IMG/VR virus record: IMGVR_UViG_3300034117_001582
Coordinates: 124,001 to 188,000 of that record
Reading direction: 5' to 3' (one strand)
Length of the DNA stretch: 64,000 nucleotides
Part shown: piece after piece, positions 49,104 through 57,307 of the stretch
How positions within the stretch are numbered: position 1 is the first letter of the stretch
Layout: every line of letters begins with the position of its first letter
Program-made: the position numbers and the translations under genes
The notes under the pieces: generated by a model
What the model saw: only the letters and a program-made list of their open reading frames with translations
Databases searched by the model: none
Told to the model about the DNA's origin: nothing

Positions 49104-49928
49104 ATTATAGAAAACCAATCCTGTTACGTTAGTTGTTTTTGAGATAGTTGGGGTTGAGTAATTAAATGTCATTACATCACCTCCACCCTGTTCTCCAAAT
49201 TGTATTCTGATTGGATAATAAGTCTCCGCGGTTAATGATGCAGTTCCTGACCGTTCTTGATTTGCGTGTAAACCCCCATTTTTTACTGTCGCATTTAAAG
49301 TAGTAAACCCTGTTATCGCAATATCACCGATCCACATATATGAAGCATCATCCGATGACGTAAAGAATGCGTAGGTTTCCGTTGTTGTTGGTTTGAAATA
49401 ACCTAACCATTGACAACTAAAATTAGATCCATCATCTTGGGCTGGTTCAAATATAGAAGTGGTTTGTACTGATGTTGCCGGATTTCCACCTACCGATGCC
49501 GGAGTTGCAGTTGCAAAGAAACTAACGTTATCGGCAAAATATCCAGAGTAGGTTGTTTTAAATACACCAGCAGTATAAGGTAAAACCCAAGAAGTCCAAT
49601 ACCCATTTGTAGTTAAATACGATGAACACTGAGTAGTTCCGGTAAATGTTTGATTAAATACAGAATTAACTAAATTAATAAATGATTGGTCTGTTTTTAA
49701 TTTTGACCTTGAAAATCTAATATAAGCTGGCACATTGTCAGGGTTAGGTTGATTTCCACTAGTGTTTGGTCTACAAATAACATATCCTAAATCTTCATCG
49801 GGACCATTCCACCATCTAGGGTTTCCAGTAAATCCTGATGATGGCGTACCAACGGCCAATGAACCAATTTGTGTTGTTCCTGATATCGTTGAACCTGTGT
49901 TATATGCGAAAGGTCTTGCAGTTGCCAT
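49083..49928 (-). CDS. PA14-domain virion protein
   Basis: FSCQWLGYF.P....Y.F...SDDAS..WI, NGGLH, YPIRIQFGE.GG. Confidence 0.8.
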   Translation of the reverse strand: MATARPFAYNTGSTISGTTQIGSLAVGTPSSGFTGNPRWWNGPDEDLGYVICRPNTSGNQPNPDNVPAYIRFSRSKLKTDQSFINLVNSVFNQTFTGTTQCSSYLTTNGYWTSWVLPYTAGVFKTTYSGYFADNVSFFATATPASVGGNPATSVQTTSIFEPAQDDGSNFSCQWLGYFKPTTTETYAFFTSSDDASYMWIGDIAITGFTTLNATVKNGGLHANQERSGTASLTAETYYPIRIQFGEQGGGDVMTFNYSTPTISKTTNVTGLVFYNSTTNGF

Positions 49929-49957
49929 TATTGTTGTTTAACAATAAATACCAGTAA

Positions 49958-50884
49958 CTAAACTATTTCCAATACCTTATTATAAACGGCAAAGATTGTT
50001 GGGTGACACTCAAATGTTTCTTTTCTTTCTAAACAATTAACAAGTGAAGGTATACCTTGTATTGATTGCCATTCTCTAACTCCGTATTTAATATCTGAAG
50101 CACAATGTAAACCACAACCACCAAGAACATAATGGTATTTATAACCTTGATTATTTTTTCTATATGGTGCTCTAAATTGAGGGTGTATTGAACTTCCAAG
50201 TTGAATAATTTCTGAGTCTGTTGTTCCTGCTAAATGAAGTAATCCTGAATCCATAGTAATGAAACACATTGCACCATTAATTAACCACCATGTTTGAGAT
50301 AAGGTTGTTTGGTTCATTAAATTCAAACCAATATCAATATTAAAATTAAAAACGGGTTTATCCACATTTGAACCACCAAGTTCTGATGAATCTTTTCCAA
50401 CAGAAATAACGGCAATACCTCTTTCATTTAATAGTTTTGTTAACATTTGCCATTTTTTTGCATCCCAAGTTCTTGAATTCCAATTTTGAACAGGGTGAAT
50501 TAAAACATATTTTTCAGGTAATCCTTCAATTGATTCTACCTCATCAGGAAAATAGTCCATTGACATTTCATCTTTGGTCAACATAAAACCTAAATTAACC
50601 GCATGAAATTGTCTAATATCCATTGCATTATGTTTATAACAAACACCGTTTGGGTGATACCCAATATTAAAGGATTGAAATACTTCATAATCATTTTTAA
50701 TGTCGTCTGTAATTTCATTAAAAATATTATCTACATAAGGATTGTTTTTAAAAATTTCTGGTTGGTTTGTTGCTACTGATATTTTTTTACCGTAAGAATT
50801 ATAAAGTTTTCTTAAAGTGGGTGTTACCGCTAAGGTATCACCTAACGCTCTACATCCTAACACATCAACACAAACATCTTTCAT
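49958..50884 (-). CDS. GT9 (heptosyltransferase-like) glycosyltransferase with C-terminal Cys cluster
   Basis: LGDTL..TP, MDSGLLHLAG, CGLHC...C...FEC. Confidence 0.85.
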   Translation of the reverse strand: MKDVCVDVLGCRALGDTLAVTPTLRKLYNSYGKKISVATNQPEIFKNNPYVDNIFNEITDDIKNDYEVFQSFNIGYHPNGVCYKHNAMDIRQFHAVNLGFMLTKDEMSMDYFPDEVESIEGLPEKYVLIHPVQNWNSRTWDAKKWQMLTKLLNERGIAVISVGKDSSELGGSNVDKPVFNFNIDIGLNLMNQTTLSQTWWLINGAMCFITMDSGLLHLAGTTDSEIIQLGSSIHPQFRAPYRKNNQGYKYHYVLGGCGLHCASDIKYGVREWQSIQGIPSLVNCLERKETFECHPTIFAVYNKVLEIV

Positions 50885-50935
50885 TCTATAATAATATGAA
50901 CTTCACAAATAAACTAAATGTTTTATTTTTATGTT

Positions 50936-53900
50936 ATGGAAAAAACTAAAATAGTCCTCATAAGTTCGTATTGTGATACCGAAGAAAAAATTGACGTTCT
51001 AATAAATACCATCAAAACCATTAAGAGTTACAATTTAGATGTAATGGTAAATAGTCCTTTACCTTTACCTTCAGATGTAATAAATATGTGTGATTTTTAT
51101 GTGCAAACAAAAGAAAACCCATTACTTAATTGGCCCGAAAAATCTGTTATGTCTTGGGCAAGATACATTGGAAAGGATAGGGAAATTGTAGTTAAAAGAT
51201 CGGTAATTGATTATGGGTGGGCAGCACTTTACCAAACTAAAAAATTATCTGAATATGCGTTAACATATGACTATGACAGATATTATCATATTATATATGA
51301 TACGGAAATTGATGATACGGTGGTTTCTACTTTTTTATCGGATAAAAAATGTAACTTTTTTCCATTTCACGAACACAAAGTTAGTTTACATTTAATTGCG
51401 TTAGATAGAGAAAACCTATTGAAATTTTCAAATCTAATAACTTTTGATAGTTACCTTAAATTTAATTGTATTGTTGAGAACTGGCTTTACAACACTCTAA
51501 TTAATAGTGATATGAATTATAAAATTGAATTAGAAAAAATTGATGATTTAATATTATTCCATAAAGACGAAAATTTATTTGACTACTCCGACATTAATGG
51601 TTTAGTTTTTTTCATAGTTAAAGATGTTGTAAATAATGATGAGGTTTGTTTATATTTTTACAATAATAAAGAAAAAATAAATGTTTTAATTACCGTAGAT
51701 GGTGTCGAGTCCTCTTATGATATATCCAATAGGGATATCATTAATTTAGGGTTTAAACCATACAATATAAAAAATGTTTTAATATCTTATGATGGAATAT
51801 CATCGGATATAACAGAAAAAATAAAAAATATTATCCACAATGTTATTGAAATTATTATGAATAAATCAAAAATTAAACTATTATATCTTACACCACACCT
51901 ATCAACAGGTGGAATGCCTCAATTTGTATTAAAAAGAATTCAAGAACTCCAAAAATACAAAGACCAAATTGAAATATTTTTGGTTGAGTATTCTCAGTTT
52001 AGTAACACATACGTTGTCCAACGAGATAAAATAATTAATCTATTAGGTGAAGGTCATTTTTTTAGTTTAGGTGATACAACCGATACAAAAAGAAAATATG
52101 AGCTAATTGATATTATTAAAAACAATAATATTGATATTGTTCATTCAGAAGAAATGTTAGAAGGATTTGAAAGTTTTAATAAAATTCCACTACCATTGTT
52201 AAATCAACTTTATTCAAATGATAGGACTTGGAAAATGGTTGAGACTTGTCATAATGTTTGGTTTAACCCACAAACACATAAAAAGTTCAATCCTGAAGCG
52301 TATTGTTTTGTTACCCCTTATCATTTAAAGGAAACGTTTTTAAATGAAACACCAATTAAGTTTTTATCTCTATACCCAATTGAGAATAAGGTAACTAAAA
52401 TTTTAGAGGAGAATGAAATCTATGGTGATTTTAATCAAGTACCACTTATTGAAAAAATTAAAGTAAGAAATGAACTTGGTTTGGATATGTTTAAAACTCA
52501 CGTACTTAATGTTGGGTTATGGACAAGTGGTAAAAATCAAGGTGAAGGTGTTGAGGTTGCAAGAGAATTAATTGACTCAAACCCAGATATTGAATTCCAT
52601 TTTATTGGGAACCAAGCTCCAAACTTTGAGGACTATTGGGGTCCAATAATGAATAATTTACCATCAAACGTAAAAGTATGGGGTGAGCGTAATGACGTTG
52701 AAAAATTCATGGCGGCTTGTGATGTTTTAATGTTTAACTCAACTTGGGAATGTAATCCGTTGGTTGTTAGAGAATCAATCAACTATGGAATGAAAATACT
52801 TGCAAGAGATTTACCACAATACATGGGTATGTTTGATGGATATATAACACCAATAGAAGGTGATGTTAAAAACATATCAAAACAATTGGTTGGACTTATC
52901 AAAAATAAGGACGTTTATAAAATATTACCTGATGATACATTTGGTGAAGATTTATTAAATTTTTATAACGCAGTTACAAATATAAAAATTACCCAAAACA
53001 AACCATTAACCAAAGATTATACTTTTGTTAGACATTATGTTAATCAACCTTATTTTGAGGTACAAGGAACCACAGAAAACAAATTGAACATTAAATATTA
53101 TGATGATAACAATAATGTTAATTATCAGAACGAATTATCAATTAATAGTTGGGTTAAATTAAATAAAGAATACTTTATTAAATGGAGAACAACGGTTGAA
53201 GAAAATGGTGAAATTATTTACGATGAGACTTTAAATTTAAAAGATAAACGAGTATATATTTCTTTTGGATCAAAATCATTAGGAGATACAATGGCTTGGA
53301 TTCCTTATTGTGAGGTATTTAGAAAAAAACATGGTTGTCAACTTATAGTATCAACATTCCTTAATAGTTTGTTTAAAGACCAATATCCTGAGATTGAATT
53401 TGTTGAACCTGGTGATTTGGTAACTAATATACACGCACAATATAGATTAGGTTGGCATTATACAAGTGAAGGGGTTTACGATAATAACAAACACCCATTT
53501 GATTTTAAGAAAATGCCATTACAAAAAACGGCAACTGACATCTTAGGTTTAGATTATGAAGAAGTTAGACCACTATTAAAATTACCTAACACACCTAAAA
53601 AGAAAAAAGTTGGTATTGGGTTTCACTCAACCGCACAATCAAAATATTGGAACAACCCTGACGGATGGCAAGCAGTTGTTGACCACCTTAATACTTTAGG
53701 TTATGAATGTATGATCTACTCTAAAGAAGGTGACGGATACATGAATAACCATTACCCTAAAGGTGTAACCATTTTTAAAGGAGGTAACTTACAAGAAGTA
53801 ATTGACGACCTATCAGAATGTGAGTTCTTTATTGGTCTCGGATCAGGATTATCTTGGTTAGCTTGGGCTTGTAAATTACCTGTCGTTTTGATTTCAGGAT

Positions 53901-55411
53901 TTAGTGAAAAATGGGCGGAAACAACATTAGACACATATAGAGTTATTAATGAAAGTGTTTGTCACGGATGTTTTAACTCAGATAGATTAGATGCCGGTGA
54001 TTGGAATTGGTGTCCACTACATAAGAACACAGATCGGATGTTTGAATGTACAAAAGAAATAAGTTCCGGTATGGTTATTAAAGAAATAAATAAAATAATT
54101 AACAAAGAATCTAATAGTGATTTAGTTACTATTATATTGTCCCACGCAAACACAAAAGAAAAAAGAAAAATTTTAATAGAACATTTAAAAACAATTAATA
54201 CAAAAATACTACTATCAACAAATTACCCAATTGATGATGAAATTAAAGTTTTATGTGATTACGTCATATATGATGAGGATAACCCAATATTATTGAAGGA
54301 GGATTTTAATAAGTATAACGTGTCTTTTTATTTTTATAGTGTCAGAAAAGGGGTTGAGGTAAGGGAATCCTTTGATTATGAACACGGGTACGCTGTTTAT
54401 AAATTAATACAAAACGGATTAACTGAATCAAAAAAATTAGGATTTAAATATTCTCATATTATAAATTACGATTATTTAATAAACAAAAACACATTACAAG
54501 ATAACTATAAATTATTAGAAAATTACGATTCCGTATTTTATAGATATAAAAATAAATCATATACGCAAGACTCATACTGTACTGGATTTTTTACAGGAAA
54601 AATAGATAAGTTAATTAAACCATTTACCCACTATAACACAAAAGACGAATATTATAATTATGACGGGTATAATAAAATATTAGAAATAATAACAAAAGAT
54701 GCGGTAAAAAAACAAAACTTAAAAGTTAAAGAACTTTTTTATGAAGACTTAAAGGAAACATCAATTGTTAATAGAGTAGACGATAACCACAAAAATAACA
54801 AAGAAGTAATGGAAGAAAACGAATTCAAAAAAATAAGTGATTATTATAATTGCGATAAAACATCCACACACACATACCATAACGTCTATTCAAAAATATT
54901 TGAAGGGATAAGAGATGAGGTATTTTCGTTATTAGAAATCGGAATTCATGAGGGAGCATCTTTAAATGTTTGGAGAGACTATTTGAAGAATGCTAATATA
55001 TATGGTTTAGATATCAATAGGGAATTTTCACATGATAGGGGTCATATTTTTAAAGGAGACCAAAATAACTTATTTGATTTAGAAAAAATCACATCAGAAA
55101 TAAAAAGTTGTAAAGTCATAATTGATGATGCTTCCCATAATCCACAACATCAAATTAAAACCTTTAATTATCTTTTTGAGAATTTATTAGAAGATGGTGG
55201 GTACTATATTATTGAAGACGTTGAAACGTCGTATTGGGATCCATTATCTGAATTATATGGGTATGAAATTGGTTATTTAAATGTTGTTGATTATTTTAGT
55301 AAATTAACACATAATGTTAATTACAAATACAATGGATTTAATAATACTTTAAAAATTGAAAGCATTTTATTTACATCAAATTGTATTGTGATAAAAAAAT
55401 TAATGAAATAA
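50936..55411 (+). CDS. multidomain glycosyltransferase: GT-A-like, GT4, TibC/Aah-type O-heptosyltransferase, GT-A-like, methyltransferase
   Basis: PHLSTGGMPQ / ECNPLVVRES (GT4); SLGDTMAW.PY, GLGSGLSWLAWA, ISGFS, YRVIN..CHGC..C..FEC (TibC); LLEIGI, IIDDASH, GGYYIIEDV (MTase). Confidence 0.85.
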   Translation: MEKTKIVLISSYCDTEEKIDVLINTIKTIKSYNLDVMVNSPLPLPSDVINMCDFYVQTKENPLLNWPEKSVMSWARYIGKDREIVVKRSVIDYGWAALYQTKKLSEYALTYDYDRYYHIIYDTEIDDTVVSTFLSDKKCNFFPFHEHKVSLHLIALDRENLLKFSNLITFDSYLKFNCIVENWLYNTLINSDMNYKIELEKIDDLILFHKDENLFDYSDINGLVFFIVKDVVNNDEVCLYFYNNKEKINVLITVDGVESSYDISNRDIINLGFKPYNIKNVLISYDGISSDITEKIKNIIHNVIEIIMNKSKIKLLYLTPHLSTGGMPQFVLKRIQELQKYKDQIEIFLVEYSQFSNTYVVQRDKIINLLGEGHFFSLGDTTDTKRKYELIDIIKNNNIDIVHSEEMLEGFESFNKIPLPLLNQLYSNDRTWKMVETCHNVWFNPQTHKKFNPEAYCFVTPYHLKETFLNETPIKFLSLYPIENKVTKILEENEIYGDFNQVPLIEKIKVRNELGLDMFKTHVLNVGLWTSGKNQGEGVEVARELIDSNPDIEFHFIGNQAPNFEDYWGPIMNNLPSNVKVWGERNDVEKFMAACDVLMFNSTWECNPLVVRESINYGMKILARDLPQYMGMFDGYITPIEGDVKNISKQLVGLIKNKDVYKILPDDTFGEDLLNFYNAVTNIKITQNKPLTKDYTFVRHYVNQPYFEVQGTTENKLNIKYYDDNNNVNYQNELSINSWVKLNKEYFIKWRTTVEENGEIIYDETLNLKDKRVYISFGSKSLGDTMAWIPYCEVFRKKHGCQLIVSTFLNSLFKDQYPEIEFVEPGDLVTNIHAQYRLGWHYTSEGVYDNNKHPFDFKKMPLQKTATDILGLDYEEVRPLLKLPNTPKKKKVGIGFHSTAQSKYWNNPDGWQAVVDHLNTLGYECMIYSKEGDGYMNNHYPKGVTIFKGGNLQEVIDDLSECEFFIGLGSGLSWLAWACKLPVVLISGFSEKWAETTLDTYRVINESVCHGCFNSDRLDAGDWNWCPLHKNTDRMFECTKEISSGMVIKEINKIINKESNSDLVTIILSHANTKEKRKILIEHLKTINTKILLSTNYPIDDEIKVLCDYVIYDEDNPILLKEDFNKYNVSFYFYSVRKGVEVRESFDYEHGYAVYKLIQNGLTESKKLGFKYSHIINYDYLINKNTLQDNYKLLENYDSVFYRYKNKSYTQDSYCTGFFTGKIDKLIKPFTHYNTKDEYYNYDGYNKILEIITKDAVKKQNLKVKELFYEDLKETSIVNRVDDNHKNNKEVMEENEFKKISDYYNCDKTSTHTYHNVYSKIFEGIRDEVFSLLEIGIHEGASLNVWRDYLKNANIYGLDINREFSHDRGHIFKGDQNNLFDLEKITSEIKSCKVIIDDASHNPQHQIKTFNYLFENLLEDGGYYIIEDVETSYWDPLSELYGYEIGYLNVVDYFSKLTHNVNYKYNGFNNTLKIESILFTSNCIVIKKLMK

Positions 55412-55502
55412 TAGATGGTGTTGATATTAAGTGGGATATATGGAATGACCATTTTATTGAATACTATAGTGAAGTGATTGTTTATATGGATAACAGATAA
55501 AT

Positions 55503-56018
55503 TTATCCATTAGCGGCCTTTATCCACTCACAAGTTAAAAAATCGGAAGTACTAACAACAGAACCTGCCACAATTAAATATTGATTAACCGTCCAATTTA
55601 TTGATAAAGTAGAAAATCCTGTTGTATAGTTAGCAACACCAATATCATCTCTCGCACCAATAGTTGAATTAATCGCTATTGTTGCATTTCCTGTTCCTGC
55701 GGCAACATTTATTGCCAATCTTCTATATAACTGAGCCGCTCTTGTGGCAGTAGCAACTGATGTATTTGTGGCAACTAAAGTCGCACCAACAAGTGTTGCG
55801 GATGTGTTAACATAAAAATAAAAACTAAATGCGTTGTTAGCCGCACTTTTTGTAACGCAAGTTTCTATTGTAACAATATCATCAGCAACAAATGTGTTCG
55901 CCGGTATTAAAATAGAATGAATTAAAGTTATAGATGTGGAGTTTACACTTCCTGTTTGTGTGGTAGATGTAACTACCGCGTATTTTTTTCCCACATTAAA
56001 TCCGTCTATTTTAGCCAT
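55503..56018 (-). CDS. fibre-associated beta protein, paralog 3
   Basis: MAKIDGFN, IPANTF, INWTV..Y.I.AG. Confidence 0.65.
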   Translation of the reverse strand: MAKIDGFNVGKKYAVVTSTTQTGSVNSTSITLIHSILIPANTFVADDIVTIETCVTKSAANNAFSFYFYVNTSATLVGATLVATNTSVATATRAAQLYRRLAINVAAGTGNATIAINSTIGARDDIGVANYTTGFSTLSINWTVNQYLIVAGSVVSTSDFLTCEWIKAANG

Positions 56019-56529
56019 TTGTAATTCTTATCCATTGACAGTTTATGTTATCGGCTGCGTTGTCAACATCACCCGCCAATATAATATAACTATCTACAGT
56101 CCAATTTATTGCTAAAGAACTTGGGATTGTGGTTAAAGCAGCATTATATATATAATCTTGATTAACATCTACAGTATTCAACAATACATTAGTCCCATTT
56201 CCTGACCCATCTGACACCATAATACTAAGCCTTCTTACAAAAAGTATTGCAGTTATGGTTGCAGTAACTCCTATGTTTTCGGCAATTTGAACCGGAGTTG
56301 TTAAATCGTCAGTATTGTTCCAATATAATCTTACATTTGAAACCGCATTAGTTCCTGTTTTTTTTACAAAAGATTCAAGTTTAACGACATCAAAAGTTTT
56401 AAATGTATTTGCTGGAACAAAAATAGAACCTAACTTAACTTCCGTTAACGAGGATGTAGTTGATTGAGGTGTTGTCAAACTTATTGTCTGAAACGGACTA
56501 TACATGTTGAACCCATTAATTTTTGCCAT
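56011..56529 (-). CDS. fibre-associated beta protein, paralog 2
   Basis: MAKINGFN, VPANTF, YWN.TDDLTTP, INWTVDSYIILAG. Confidence 0.65.
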   Translation of the reverse strand: MAKINGFNMYSPFQTISLTTPQSTTSSLTEVKLGSIFVPANTFKTFDVVKLESFVKKTGTNAVSNVRLYWNNTDDLTTPVQIAENIGVTATITAILFVRRLSIMVSDGSGNGTNVLLNTVDVNQDYIYNAALTTIPSSLAINWTVDSYIILAGDVDNAADNINCQWIRITNG

Positions 56530-56792
56530 TACAAGTCGTATACATAATTTATAAAGTCTTGAGAAACCAAAAATGAAATATTGTCAATAGTTACATCTCT
56601 AACTTTGAAAAAAATAATGTTTCCGTCAAGTTCAATTGAAACGTCTTCATCATTATTTGTAAAATATCCTTTTTGACCATTTTCATCTTCAATTAAAAAT
56701 GTTAAAGTTCTTGGGATATCTAAAAAAGAAGACCCCTCTTCTGAATCAATTTTTTTAACCAACGTGTTTCTTTTTTTTTCTAACTGTATCAT
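56529..56792 (-). CDS. hypothetical protein, possibly fibre chaperone
   Basis: 87 aa between paralogs. Confidence 0.55.
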   Translation of the reverse strand: MIQLEKKRNTLVKKIDSEEGSSFLDIPRTLTFLIEDENGQKGYFTNNDEDVSIELDGNIIFFKVRDVTIDNISFLVSQDFINYVYDL

Positions 56793-56796
56793 ATCT

Positions 56797-57303
56797 TTAA
56801 TTACTTACTTTTAAAAATTCTGTTCTAACACCTGTCCCTGTTCCACAAAATCCGGCCAATATAATGTATGAATCCACTGTCCAATTTAGTGCGACGGTAG
56901 ATAAAGCAAAACTTGCAGCCGTAAAATCAGAATCATGCGCGGTTCCTGTTCCATAAATTTTAGAACCATTTCCTGTCCCATTTGCAACAATTACTGACAA
57001 CCTTCTATTTTGACCATAAAATATACTTGTGTTCAAAAGACTTCTTACGGTTAATTGTATTGGTGTTGTTAAATCGTCAGTTTCATTCCAATATAAAGTT
57101 GTTGAATAATTTCCTGACGTTAAACCTGTTAATTTGGTTTGCCATTCTATATGTAAAATATCACCAGCAGCAAAAGTATTTGCAGGAACATAAACAGATG
57201 TAATTTTAGTTGTTGACGCCGCATTAACATAATTACTTGGTGTGCCATTAGTTGAAACAACTTGTTTATTATTATAAAAATCAAATCCGTTAAATTTACT
57301 CAT
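56797..57303 (-). CDS. fibre-associated beta protein, paralog 1
   Basis: MSKFNGFD, VPANTF, YWNETDDLTTP, LNWTVDSYIILAG. Confidence 0.65.
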   Translation of the reverse strand: MSKFNGFDFYNNKQVVSTNGTPSNYVNAASTTKITSVYVPANTFAAGDILHIEWQTKLTGLTSGNYSTTLYWNETDDLTTPIQLTVRSLLNTSIFYGQNRRLSVIVANGTGNGSKIYGTGTAHDSDFTAASFALSTVALNWTVDSYIILAGFCGTGTGVRTEFLKVSN

Positions 57304-57307
57304 ATAA

